Under the pieces are notes generated by a model. It was not told the DNA's origin, ran no database searches, and saw nothing but the letters and a program-made list of their open reading frames with translations. Made by a program: the position numbers and the translations under genes. 64,000 nt of DNA from Candidatus Peribacteria bacterium (GTDB lineage: Bacteria; Patescibacteriota; Gracilibacteria; Peribacterales; Peribacteraceae). The stretch spans positions 31,688 to 95,687 of the forward strand of contig VGKY01000002.1 in NCBI GenBank assembly GCA_016866875.1. Direction: 5' to 3'. This document shows positions 1-9,499 of the stretch, piece after piece. Every line of letters begins with the position of its first letter. Position 1 is the first letter of the stretch.

Positions 1-91
1 TCGAGCACCCCCCAGGCAGCGATCTCCTCGACGTACGTGATATTGGCCGAATCAAGAAACAGTTTCACGAACTACAGTATACTGCATTCCT

Positions 92-889
92 ATGAAATTG
101 GCCACCGCAACCATGCTGCTTGGTGCCGCGCTAGCCACCGCTTGCGGCGAGAGAAGCGAGCCTGCTTTGAAAGGGCGCTGGCAGCAGCTCTCCTCGGCTT
201 TGCCTGCTTCCGCTCCGAGTACCCCACGTCGATCACCCGCCAGCACGCCACAGATGGGTGAAACCCCGCCGGCTACCCTTCCCCGCAACGAAAGTAGCAG
301 AGCTGCCCCCACGACGCTCCCGAGCACGCTCCTCCTCCCCGTCCCATTCATCGTGCAGGCTCCCCACGCCGATTGGGACGCACTCCACCAGGAGGCATGC
401 GAGGAAGCCTCCCTCCTCATGGTGCACCATGCCCTTCAGGGACATACCGCAGCCGTTGCTGCCTCTGATGCCGAGCGCGACCTGCAGGCACTCGTTGCCT
501 GGCAGCAACGCAATGGATTTTTTGACGACGTCTCCATTGCGGAGCTCGCCACTATCGCGCAGAGGTACTACGGGCACAGTGCGCACATTGAGGACGATGT
601 GAGTATCGAGCGCATCAAGCAGATCCTCGCATCGGGAAGGCTGATCATCGTTCCTGCTGCGGGTAGAGACCTCGGCAATCCCTACTTCTCCGGCGAAGGA
701 CCTTGGTACCACATGCTCGTGATCCGTGGGTATGACCGCAACGAATTCATCGTCAACGACCCCGGTACACGCCGCGGAGAAGCCTTCAAGTACCCTTACG
801 ACACCCTGATCGACGCCATCCACGACTGGACGGGCGTGAAGGAGAATATCCGCAGTGGGGCAAAGAGGATGCTGATCCTTGAAAGGTAA
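92..889 (+). CDS. lipoprotein with C39-like cysteine peptidase domain (putative)
   Basis: N-terminus MKLATATMLLGAALATAC is a lipoprotein-type signal with a lipobox Cys. A Pro/Ser-rich linker follows. The C-terminal part (VPFIVQAPHADWDALHQEACEEASLLM...) resembles Peptidase_C39_2/YvpB-like domains from memory. Confidence 0.5.
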   Translation: MKLATATMLLGAALATACGERSEPALKGRWQQLSSALPASAPSTPRRSPASTPQMGETPPATLPRNESSRAAPTTLPSTLLLPVPFIVQAPHADWDALHQEACEEASLLMVHHALQGHTAAVAASDAERDLQALVAWQQRNGFFDDVSIAELATIAQRYYGHSAHIEDDVSIERIKQILASGRLIIVPAAGRDLGNPYFSGEGPWYHMLVIRGYDRNEFIVNDPGTRRGEAFKYPYDTLIDAIHDWTGVKENIRSGAKRMLILER

Positions 890-1329
890 ATACTCGAAGA
901 TTGCTACCTCTCAAGAGAGCGAACGCCATTTTCCAGTAAACCCTCCAGTTCAAGAGAAGAAGCTGAAGAGCAGGGAATGTGAGATGGGCGTTCAGCACCC
1001 AATCCAAGAACACGACGTATGTCTCTTTCAGATGTTAAACCATCTAGGTGTACAGAAGATGCAGGTACTACATACCCTTTCTTTGGCATTCGTCGGGCCA
1101 GTTCTTTCTGCACCTGTTGGCGATGTTCATCGTTGTTGAACCCTTCAACCTGCGCAAGATCTAGTCTTCTGGACATTATCGGGGGGGAAAAGTTGCGCGC
1201 ATTATTCTCCTCGCTCTACGGATGTCAAACGTATACGCTCTTTTCCAAGTTCAGAAGTACATAGGGTGGTAATTTTTGGCTTTCTAGAGCCATCGAGAAA
1301 GTACAACGATGTACCGCTACACCGTTGCG

Positions 1330-1662
1330 TCAGTATAGCCTTCCCCCGATGGGCACATCGCCAGTGGGTCGAATAAGAATGACACGACCCTGAGCATCAG
1401 GGACTCCAAGCGTCAGTACTTCAGAGAGAAAGGTCCCGATCTGCCGCGGGGGGAAATTCACAACGCCGAGCACAAGGCTCCCTACGAGATCCTCCATGCG
1501 GTAGTTTTCCGTAATCTGTACTGACGATCGCTTCGTACCGATCTTTGCACCAAAATCGATCATGAGTTTGTATGCAGGCTTATGCGCCTCGGGAAAAGCA
1601 TCGCAAGAGAGAACGCGACCCACGCGAATGTCCAGCTTCTGAAAATCCTCAATGGTTGCCAT
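1330..1662 (-). CDS. tRNA-binding domain protein (CsaA/YgjH-like)
   Basis: 110-aa ORF. KLDIRVGRVL...IDFGAKIGTKRSSVQIT...LVLGVVNFPPRQIGTFLSEVLTLG matches the OB-fold tRNA_bind domain. Confidence 0.8.
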   Translation of the reverse strand: MATIEDFQKLDIRVGRVLSCDAFPEAHKPAYKLMIDFGAKIGTKRSSVQITENYRMEDLVGSLVLGVVNFPPRQIGTFLSEVLTLGVPDAQGRVILIRPTGDVPIGGRLY

Positions 1663-1968
1663 GCCAAAAACTTACGCTCCCGTCATGATCATGAAGAGCG
1701 TCAGTACGACGATAGCCGAGATGTTTAAGCGCAAGAGAGACGCACACGAGAAACGTTTCCGAAGAGGATGCATAGGGAGTGACGAAGCCGATAGAACAGT
1801 GACACCCTAAAAACCCCTTGCCGCCCGGTCAATGCAGTGAAGTCGACACGGTGAGTACACAAAGGAGTCATAACTAGATGTTTTGGCATATCCTTGAGCA
1901 GATTTCCGTTGACGTTCTTTAGTAGACAGGACGACTAGCCATGGTGGAAACGGCATACCAGACCACAG

Positions 1969-4416
1969 ATGCGTGCCGATGTCTCCCGTGGCAAGCTCTT
2001 TCTCCGAAGGGACACTATCTCTACACTCACCGACGACATGTCCAAGCGACCCGATATCAACGCTCTGAGAAAAAGTGATTCTGTTCCAGCTTCGTGTCGC
2101 CGCATCCTTGAAAGTAGCAAGGCCCCCGAGCCAGTCTGGATTGGGTCGAAGGAGGCATCGGCGCTCAATGCAAAAGATCGTGCAGCGTACGAAGCTGCGT
2201 GGACGCTGATGCGCCACCTGTGCGTGCAAGCGCCGACGGCGCATGCCTCCGGACATCCGGGTGGCCCCCTTTCCGCATTCACGTTTGCGTACTTCCTGAG
2301 CAAGAGACGTGATCCATCCATCGATGAGCCACTGCGCTACAGCGCGGGGCACCTCTCGCTCCTCGCGTACGGTCTTCAGTGGATGTTTGGGAGAGAGGGC
2401 AACGACAAGCGGCTCGCATCGCCTCAAGCGATCATTGATACCTTCCGTACCCCTTCGGGACTTCCCGGGCATGTCGAGGCGGGCATCGGCGACATTCCCT
2501 TTGGCACGGGCCCACTCGGCAAAGGCGTCAGCAACGCTCTCGGCGTTGCCTTCGGCTACCAGTACCGATTACGCTCCAAGCTCCAAGCTCCAAGCTCCAA
2601 GCTTCCTATCGTTGATGTCGTTCTCGCCGACGGAGACAGTCAGGAAGGGCAGGTGATGGAGGCCTTTCGCCTGGCATCCCACCTCAGGGTCGACAATCTC
2701 GTCGTCCATGGCGATTGGAACGACGTGCAACTTTCGGGGCTTCCGAGCAAAACGGTTGCGAGCGACTTCGCGCGCATCGCCGAGGCATGCGGCTGGCAAG
2801 TGATCGAGGTGGAGAATGGCAACGACCCTTCGCAAGTCGTTGCCGCACACGATGCAGCGGATCGCTGCATCGGCAAGGGTGCCCCCATCTTCATCTGCTA
2901 CTACACGACCATGGGGCACGGCATAGCCATGATGGAAGAGGGCAGCAACACCGGGATGCGGAATTTTCACGGCACACCCCTATCGAAAGAAGATGCTGCA
3001 AAGGTACTTGAGGAACTCCCCGACCTGGATGCGGCTATCGCTACTTATGAACCGCTACGCAAAGAGCAGAAACAGAGGTACGGACGTAGACGATCGCAAG
3101 CAGCTTCCCTCAGGTGGGATGTCGTCGATCTGCAAAAGAAGGGATACGCCCGGACCATCACGAAGGAAAAAGGTGCAGCAAGAAAAGACCTCGGAGCTGT
3201 GCACCTACTGCAACTGATGAAGGCCGATCCACGGATCGTCGTCTTGCATGCGGACCTGGCGGGTTCTGGAGGATTCGACATCGTTGAGAAAGCACTGCCC
3301 GATCGCGTGATCAACGTGGGCGTTGCCGAGGGGAACATGGCGATGATGGCGGCGGGCATGCGCCAGGCAGGGCTGCTGCCCGTGACGTACACATTCGCCG
3401 CATTCGCAACCAATGAAGCCAGAGCATCGGCGAGGCTCATCGACATCAACTGCAGTCACACCCCGTGTGCAGTCCTTTACGACGCAACCCACACGGGCCT
3501 CTCCGTCGGTGAAGATGGTGAGACGCATCAGGAACGCCACTACCTCAATGTCCCCTTCGACCACACCCAGGTATGGAACCTCGCCGACAGCAACCAAGCT
3601 GCAGCTGCAGCGGAAAAGTCGATGGAGCTCATCGCCGAAGGCCATACGAGCGTTTTTGCATTTTCCCCACGCAGCGGTCACCCGCAGATCGTGAAGGCAG
3701 ACGGCAGCCCGTTATATGGCACGGACTACCAGTTTGACGGAAGAGCCGACATCGTCGCGGGCCATGGAGATCTTCGCGACAATGTCACGATCATCGCTAC
3801 AGGCATCACCGTGCATGCGGCAATTGCTGCTGCTAACCAGCTGTCATCACCTGTAGAGACGTCCCGTCGGGACGTCTCAACAACGCCACACGTGCGAGTC
3901 CTCAACGTCGCGAGCATCCGCCCGCTCGATGCTTCGGCAATCATCCAAGCGGCGCTCGAAACACGGCATCTGATCGTCGTGGAGGATCACTGCTCCGAGG
4001 GTGGCCTTGCAACCCAAGTCGCAGATCTTGTTGCAGACTTCGGTCTCCCCTGCACTCTCCGCAGGCTCGGCGTGAATCAGTACTACCCGTCAGCGACCGA
4101 CAAGGATCTCTTTCTCATGGCCGGGATCGATAGTGAAAGTATTGCAGAGGCCGTCGAGGACGAAGTCCGCAGAGAGGTGCGCAGCGGCGAAGAAGCGCTC
4201 GTGGTAGCTCTCTACGAGATGGCTCACGCAAGCAGCAAGAGCAGATTCCAAAAGGCCGCTCGGCCCTACATTGCTCGGATCATGGAAGACGATACGTATC
4301 TAAGTACCCTTCGAACCGCATGGGCAAAGGGCGCGCTCCTCGCAGAGAGACTCCCCAACAATGCTCGAATCATTGAGCGATTGGGGGGGTGCACGACGAA
4401 CGATTGGGTCTGGTGA
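1969..4416 (+). CDS. tkt: transketolase (N-terminal, pyrimidine-binding and C-terminal domains fused)
   Basis: Motifs: GHPGGPLSAF (TPP-binding), ADGDSQEG...HGDWNDVQ, VAEGNMAMMAAG, GEDGETHQ. In-frame ATGs at 1969 and 2038, so the start is uncertain. About 85 aa at the C-terminus extend past the expected end of the fold. Carries two in-frame repeat insertions (listed separately). Confidence 0.85.
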   Translation: MRADVSRGKLFLRRDTISTLTDDMSKRPDINALRKSDSVPASCRRILESSKAPEPVWIGSKEASALNAKDRAAYEAAWTLMRHLCVQAPTAHASGHPGGPLSAFTFAYFLSKRRDPSIDEPLRYSAGHLSLLAYGLQWMFGREGNDKRLASPQAIIDTFRTPSGLPGHVEAGIGDIPFGTGPLGKGVSNALGVAFGYQYRLRSKLQAPSSKLPIVDVVLADGDSQEGQVMEAFRLASHLRVDNLVVHGDWNDVQLSGLPSKTVASDFARIAEACGWQVIEVENGNDPSQVVAAHDAADRCIGKGAPIFICYYTTMGHGIAMMEEGSNTGMRNFHGTPLSKEDAAKVLEELPDLDAAIATYEPLRKEQKQRYGRRRSQAASLRWDVVDLQKKGYARTITKEKGAARKDLGAVHLLQLMKADPRIVVLHADLAGSGGFDIVEKALPDRVINVGVAEGNMAMMAAGMRQAGLLPVTYTFAAFATNEARASARLIDINCSHTPCAVLYDATHTGLSVGEDGETHQERHYLNVPFDHTQVWNLADSNQAAAAAEKSMELIAEGHTSVFAFSPRSGHPQIVKADGSPLYGTDYQFDGRADIVAGHGDLRDNVTIIATGITVHAAIAAANQLSSPVETSRRDVSTTPHVRVLNVASIRPLDASAIIQAALETRHLIVVEDHCSEGGLATQVADLVADFGLPCTLRRLGVNQYYPSATDKDLFLMAGIDSESIAEAVEDEVRREVRSGEEALVVALYEMAHASSKSRFQKAARPYIARIMEDDTYLSTLRTAWAKGALLAERLPNNARIIERLGGCTTNDWVW
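2573..2600. repeat. heptanucleotide tandem repeat GCTCCAA x4 inside tkt
   Basis: Direct reading gives gctccaa gctccaa gctccaa gctccaa, followed by gcttcc. It translates as RSKLQAPSSKLP in a loop that is variable among transketolases. Confidence 0.9.
3856..3878. repeat. perfect 10-bp inverted repeat (GAGACGTCCC gtc GGGACGTCTC) inserted in frame in tkt
   Basis: Read directly from the sequence. It encodes ETSRRDVS on both strands (compare the antisense ORF 3726..3944). It sits between the conserved AAANQL and VRVLNVASIRPLD blocks. Confidence 0.85.
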
Positions 4417-4441
4417 AAGCCTTCTGCTATCCTCCGCGTAC

Positions 4442-4732
4442 GGAAGGGTGGCCGAGTGGTCTATGGCGCCCCGCACTTTTTGGTACGATTTCACGGGAGC
4501 GTGCCAGAGTAGCCTGCCACGAACCGGAGCGCAGCGACTGGTTCTTTGATCGAACAATGCCCAAAAATATTGTATAATCCGTACGGAAGCGTGCCAGAGT
4601 GGTCGATTGGGCCTGACTTGAAATCAGGTAGACCCGCAAGGGTCTCAGAGGTTCGAATCCTCTCGCTTCCGCCAAATAGTGCGGGGTAGGTCCGCAAGGG
4701 CCTCGGGGGTTCGAATCCCTCCCCTTCCGCCA
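4442..4732 (+). tRNA. interrupted tRNA-Ser-like gene (5-prime half 4442-4473, 3-prime half 4682-4732)
   Basis: 5-prime half: GGAAGGG TG GCC GAGTGGTCTAT GGC G CCCCG. 3-prime half: CGGGG, long variable arm TAGGTCCGCAAGGGCCTC, T-arm GGGGG TTCGAAT CCCTC, acceptor CCCTTCC, then G CCA. The acceptor and anticodon stems are complementary between the two halves. No 7-nt anticodon loop can be defined. The halves are separated by 208 bp containing another tRNA. Confidence 0.45.
4585..4674 (+). tRNA. tRNA-Ser (anticodon UGA), CCA encoded
   Basis: Hand-folded cloverleaf: GGAAGCG TG CCA GAGTGGTCGAT TGG G CCTGA CT-TGA-AA TCAGG, variable arm TAGACCCGCAAGGGTCTC, AGAGG TTCGAAT CCTCT, CGCTTCC G CCA. A TATAAT lies 7 nt upstream. 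Confidence 0.9.
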
Positions 4733-4843
4733 TTGGAGAAAGAATTCATGCATAAAGACACCATTCTTAGGGAAGTATTAATACAACATTCCTAGGATTT
4801 ATAAAGAAACAACAAAAGCAAATTTATGGTAAAATACTAGGAT

Positions 4844-7786
4844 TTGAGACAAAAAACGCCAATTTCGGCATTCTTCATCGTCGCTATCCTTCTGCAGCAC
4901 ATATCCGCATATGCGAGCAGCTGGAATCCGGGACTCCTCGTGAATACCGAAACCTTTCAGGTGATCGACGATGCCGACACAACATCGGATCTCTACGTTC
5001 GGTTTGGAGACACATTGAATAAACGTCTCACATTCGAGCGCACGCTCGATCGCTTCAATTTCAATGACGATGTCTACGTGTCTGGCGATCTGAATGTGAA
5101 GGGAACCGCATCAGGTAAGACAATCTTCGGTATGGAATCCGTACGGTCCTCAGGTTCCCTCGTCTGGGAAGGAGCTGCATCCGGTGCAAGCCTGTGGGTG
5201 TCGCAGTTCAGGGGAGCGGGACTCGTCACCTCCTGCAATGCCGACAACGAGACTCTCGCCTGGAATGCCACGACGCAGCGGTTTGAATGTGGGGATGACG
5301 ATGGTGGAGGAAGCTCCACCCTTCAGCAAGCGTATGACGCCGACGCAAACGGCAATGATGCAAAAATTGCCTTAACAAGCGACGATGACTCGCTCGTCTT
5401 TTACAATCCAGCATCTGGAGGCACAGATAGCGGCTTTGTGCTTACAGTTCGTCAGTTGGCGACGGCGGGATCGGGCATGTACGTCGATTCCAATGCAACA
5501 AACGGAGCTGTTCTTGCTCTGAACAATCGTCGCGATGGTGGACAACAGCGCTTGGCGCCGCACATTATGTTTGGATACAATGGCGCCTTCTCGACGCGTC
5601 TGTATCAATCAGGAAGTAACACGCTCGCAACGAATGCGCACATACTCCCCGAAACGAAAAATACCTACGACCTCGGTTCACAATCACTTCGATGGCGAAG
5701 CCTCTACCTCTCAGGGTCGAGCCTGCACATTGGTGCAACGGGCAATGAGGCAACCGTCGGGTACAACAGCGCACAGGACTTCTTCTACATTGACCCGGCG
5801 GGCAATGGCACGCCGAGCGTCAGCGTCAAAGATAATGGAAATATGGGTATTGGTACCATTGCTCCTGAAACAAAACTGGAGGTGGTGGGAACCGCATCGG
5901 GCCGCATCATCCACGCGAATGATAAGCTTACGAGTTCTGGAGGAGCCATCATCGATGGCGGAAGCCTGATCATTGGAGCGCGGCAAAACGCAACCGAGCA
6001 CACGTTCACATCGGGATGCAACTGTCTCGATAACCCCGCCGCGGGTACCTTTGGCAATGATGCAAGCCGTAATGGAGTCGTGTCATCGGTTGTGTACAAG
6101 GGCAAGCTCTTCGTTGCAACGAACGAAACAGATGCCGGCGGTGTGTACCGCTACGATGGCGGCACGACATGGACGCTCGTCACCTATGCCGTAGGAGAAG
6201 CGATCTCGACTGATTCGGCGAACATCGACTCGTACGTTCTCGCCGTATTCGATAACACCCTCTACATCGGAAGCCAGGGTACAGCTGACACTGCGGGTCT
6301 CTACTCCAGTACGACTGCGCATACAACCGCCAATTCCTTCACGCTCGTCAACTCCACACGCGGCAGTTTCGGTATGGGTGAAACGGGCATCGACGGTATC
6401 AGTAGCATGACCGTCTGGAACGGTAACCTCATTATCTCCACGCAGGAAGCCAACGACTGGGAACTCGGACGCTACGATGGTGGCACCACCTTCAGCCAAA
6501 TCAACACTACTGGTGGCAAGTTCGTCGCCGCAGATACAGCGGACATCGACGGCGCCGTTCTCGCAGTCTACGGCGGAAGACTCTTCATCGGCGCCGCCAC
6601 GGCCAGCACGACCGCGCGCGTCGGCGTCCATGACGGAGTAGGCACCACCATCACCGATCTCAATGCCACAAAAGGCACGTTCGGCGCCGATACATCTACC
6701 GTCAACGTGACATCCTTGGCCGTGCACAACGGGCAGCTCTACGTCGGAACGAGTAAGACGAATGCGGGCGCAGTGTACCGATGGCTCCCCGATTTCCTCT
6801 CGTCGAGCACCTCCGTAACCAACTTCGACCGGGTGAACTTCGGGCTGGGTGAGATGACCTCGGGAGAAACGGCAAACCTCATCGATTCGGTCATTCTCCG
6901 TGTATACAATGGCAGACTCTACGCAGGAACACAAACGGGAACCGATAACGCAGCAGCGATTTACGTGTACGACGACGTCCCAGATAGCTGGACGATGATA
7001 AACGGAACCAGAGGTACGTTCGGCACCAATACAGGCGTGAATGATGTAGTAAGCATGCAAGTGTTCAACGATGAACTCTACGTAGGAACGGAAGAGACCG
7101 ATGCCGGATCTGTCTACAGCTGGAATAAGAACGAAGAGAATTCCTACAGCCTCAAGTTTGAAAGCGAGAACAGTAACTTCGGCTCTATTTCATTTGTAGG
7201 CACCAATGCTCTCGACACGCATGACCGGCACGGAACCTTCCGCCTCTCGCATGGCGTCGCGCTCAATACTGGGGCTTTCGATTACGCCGAGGACTATCCG
7301 ACGAGCGATACGTCGCTCGAAGCCGGCGAGATCGTCGCAATCTCCGAAACTGGGGGGGGAGCCGTCATGCGTGCAAACTCCAATAACGACGCCGTTGGTG
7401 TCATCTCAGAAAACCCGGGCTTCCTTTTGCAGCCAACTGTGGAGCAGAGCGCAGTATCGCACTACGTTCCCGTTGCGCTGGTCGGCAGAGTGCCTGTAAA
7501 AGTGAGTGCCGAGAATGGACCCATCACTCCGGGAGATTCCCTCACGGTCTCTTCAAAGCCGGGAATCGCCATGAAGGCAAAGGCATCTGGTCGCATCATC
7601 GGTCGTGCGATGAGCTTCTTTGAGGGGCCAGGGGTAGGCAGCGTGCTTCTCTTCATCAACATCTCGCACCACGCTGCAGACGATGAGCTGGCATCGCTTT
7701 CTGCTTCAACGGTAGAAAAGCTCGAAGCCCAGGTCAGGCAATTGCAACGAAAGATCAATGGCCTGCAGCGCAAAGCAAGAGATTGA
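4844..7786 (+). CDS. giant secreted surface protein (paralog family; 7 Kelch-like blades; C-terminal coiled coil)
   Basis: TTG start. Signal peptide ISAFFIVAILLQHISAYA. Family N-terminal block SSWNPGLLVNTETFQVIDD and the RFNFNDDVYVSGDL motif. Seven repeats of the type V(Y/F)xGxL(Y/F)(V/I)G(T/S)...G.VY.(W/Y). The C-terminal block YVPVALVGRVPVKVSAENGPITPGDSL is followed by a heptad-like tail. Confidence 0.8.
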   Translation: MRQKTPISAFFIVAILLQHISAYASSWNPGLLVNTETFQVIDDADTTSDLYVRFGDTLNKRLTFERTLDRFNFNDDVYVSGDLNVKGTASGKTIFGMESVRSSGSLVWEGAASGASLWVSQFRGAGLVTSCNADNETLAWNATTQRFECGDDDGGGSSTLQQAYDADANGNDAKIALTSDDDSLVFYNPASGGTDSGFVLTVRQLATAGSGMYVDSNATNGAVLALNNRRDGGQQRLAPHIMFGYNGAFSTRLYQSGSNTLATNAHILPETKNTYDLGSQSLRWRSLYLSGSSLHIGATGNEATVGYNSAQDFFYIDPAGNGTPSVSVKDNGNMGIGTIAPETKLEVVGTASGRIIHANDKLTSSGGAIIDGGSLIIGARQNATEHTFTSGCNCLDNPAAGTFGNDASRNGVVSSVVYKGKLFVATNETDAGGVYRYDGGTTWTLVTYAVGEAISTDSANIDSYVLAVFDNTLYIGSQGTADTAGLYSSTTAHTTANSFTLVNSTRGSFGMGETGIDGISSMTVWNGNLIISTQEANDWELGRYDGGTTFSQINTTGGKFVAADTADIDGAVLAVYGGRLFIGAATASTTARVGVHDGVGTTITDLNATKGTFGADTSTVNVTSLAVHNGQLYVGTSKTNAGAVYRWLPDFLSSSTSVTNFDRVNFGLGEMTSGETANLIDSVILRVYNGRLYAGTQTGTDNAAAIYVYDDVPDSWTMINGTRGTFGTNTGVNDVVSMQVFNDELYVGTEETDAGSVYSWNKNEENSYSLKFESENSNFGSISFVGTNALDTHDRHGTFRLSHGVALNTGAFDYAEDYPTSDTSLEAGEIVAISETGGGAVMRANSNNDAVGVISENPGFLLQPTVEQSAVSHYVPVALVGRVPVKVSAENGPITPGDSLTVSSKPGIAMKAKASGRIIGRAMSFFEGPGVGSVLLFINISHHAADDELASLSASTVEKLEAQVRQLQRKINGLQRKARD

Positions 7787-7935
7787 GCTTGGGTATGGAT
7801 CCCGCTAGCAACATCTGCTCTGCCCCTCTAGGGGCATCATCAGCCTGATGACTCCTCGCTTATGCGTGGGATTCAAGTGTCCTCAAGCATGCTTGTACGA
7901 AGTGCGAGACACATGCATACCTGTACACTGCAGTT

Positions 7936-8484
7936 GTGCTGGAGACGGTACTAGCGGCGGTAGCCCTTGCCCTCCTTGAGTGGTGGGGATCCCCGTGGTC
8001 TGCGCCCGTCGCTCTCCTTCTGCTGATACTCTGCCTCCCAGGAATCTGGTACATGCGCGGTGCAGCCCCCTTTATCACAACCTCAAAGCGGACCATGCAA
8101 GCGATGCTGACGCTCGCAAACATCAAGCACGATGAGCGAGTGTACGACCTCGGCTGCGGCGATGGCAGACTGATCTTTGCAGCTGCCGCTCAGGGGGCAG
8201 ATGCCATCGGCTTCGAGATGTCCATGCCCGTATATCTCCTCGCAAAATCCTCTTCCCTGTTGCGGAGAAACACCTCGATCCGCTACGGCAACCTCTGGAG
8301 GCAGGACTATCGCGATGCCGACGTGATCTTCTGCTACTTCCTCAAAGATACCATGCAGGACTTTTACAAACGGATCTGGCCCACACTGAAGCCGGGGTGT
8401 CGCGTGGTATCGCATGCGTTCACCATCGACGGCAAGGAGGCAGCAGCGAGAGATGGGGATGCGGTGCTCTATGTGAAGGGGTAA
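7936..8484 (+). CDS. membrane-anchored class I SAM-dependent methyltransferase
   Basis: GTG start. Two N-terminal hydrophobic segments, then motif I VYDLGCGDGRL and ADVIFCYF. Confidence 0.65.
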   Translation: MLETVLAAVALALLEWWGSPWSAPVALLLLILCLPGIWYMRGAAPFITTSKRTMQAMLTLANIKHDERVYDLGCGDGRLIFAAAAQGADAIGFEMSMPVYLLAKSSSLLRRNTSIRYGNLWRQDYRDADVIFCYFLKDTMQDFYKRIWPTLKPGCRVVSHAFTIDGKEAAARDGDAVLYVKG

Positions 8485-8490
8485 CCTTAT

Positions 8491-8910
8491 CCAGCGTACG
8501 TTTCTACGTGCGCTTTATGTGAATGGATAGACCCTATCCAGCGCACGTTTCTACGTGCGCGTCCGCCGTACATCCATGGCATGTTTGTAGGTGTAACAAA
8601 TATTCCAGCGTACGTTTCTACGTGCGCGTCCCATCCATATATTGGGGGGTGTGTAAACACATCCACGTAACCCAACGTATGTTTCCCCGTGCGCGTCCCA
8701 TCCATAATGTTTGTGTTTGAACCCGTGTTCCAAAAATCCAGCGCACGTTTCTACGTGCGCGTCCCCCATACATCCATGGCACGTTTCTACGTGTAGCAAA
8801 TATTCCAGCGTACGTTTCTACGTGCGCTTTCATCCAAAATTAATTGCGCACGAAGAATCGTGCGCTGGGGGGCAAATAAAATCACACCCCACGCACGTTT
8901 GCACGCGCGT
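8491..8910. repeat. REP array, left of RAYT
   Basis: Copies of CCAGCG(T/C)ACGTTTCTACGTGCGC(G) at 8491-8513, 8538-8561, 8605-8628, 8738-8761 and 8805-8827. Degenerate copies near 8575-8597, 8671-8695, 8778-8793 and 8889-8909. Variant GCGCACGA-AGAA-TCGTGCGCTGG at 8846-8868. Confidence 0.9.
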
Positions 8911-9025
8911 TCCATCCTCAAAAGGAACCGAAATCTTCGCTTTCCTACAAGGAAAATACTCACATCAAAACGCAACGTCATGCGATCTGCAATCCCAAGC
9001 AATCTCGATGCCGTAGCATCGCATA

Positions 9026-9475
9026 GTGACGCAAAGACATTGGATGCAACATAGTGCCTGCATGCTCATCACATCGGTGACACTTCATCGCGCACCGGTA
9101 TTTGCATGCGAAACGTATGCACGGGCAGCTGTAGAAGGAATGTATTTCGTCCAACAACGTTACCCATTCTTTCTGTATGCATTCGTGGTGATGCCCGACC
9201 ACTGCCATATGCTTTTGTCTGTGCCGGAAAGCGGATCCATCTCGCGCATCATGCACACGTACAAGCGACACGTTAGTTTTGCGTGCGCCAAAGGTCCGCT
9301 GTGGCAGAAGAGATTTCATTGCCGCCTGATTGAAGATACCGCTACGGCTGTGGAGTACATTCACCTCAATCCCGTGCGCGCAGGCCTATCAGAACATCCG
9401 GAAGACTATCGGTGGTCTTCCGCATCCGGGAAATGGGATATCACGTATGTCGATGGCATGGGATGCCACACATAG
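9026..9475 (+). CDS. REP-associated tyrosine transposase (RAYT, IS200/IS605 Y1 family)
   Basis: 149 aa. HUH motif in FVVMPDHCHMLL. C-terminal YIHLNPVRAGL carries the catalytic Tyr, followed by DYRWSS. Size and motif order are typical of RayT/TnpA-REP. Confidence 0.8.
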   Translation: MTQRHWMQHSACMLITSVTLHRAPVFACETYARAAVEGMYFVQQRYPFFLYAFVVMPDHCHMLLSVPESGSISRIMHTYKRHVSFACAKGPLWQKRFHCRLIEDTATAVEYIHLNPVRAGLSEHPEDYRWSSASGKWDITYVDGMGCHT

Positions 9476-9499
9476 CCACCGCACGCGTTGTGAAATGAT

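Noticed and set aside
904-1264. Short ORFs in the 890-1330 gap (904..1176 minus, 1019..1264 plus)
   Set aside because: They have no motifs, no convincing start context and mutually overlap. The region is left unannotated.
4427-4753. ORFs overlapping the tRNA-Ser locus (4427..4753, 4491..4733). The same applies to ORFs over tRNA-Leu at 43634..43935.
   Set aside because: They contain the GFEP/RIRT-type peptides characteristic of translated tRNA T-arms. The tRNA folds explain the sequence.
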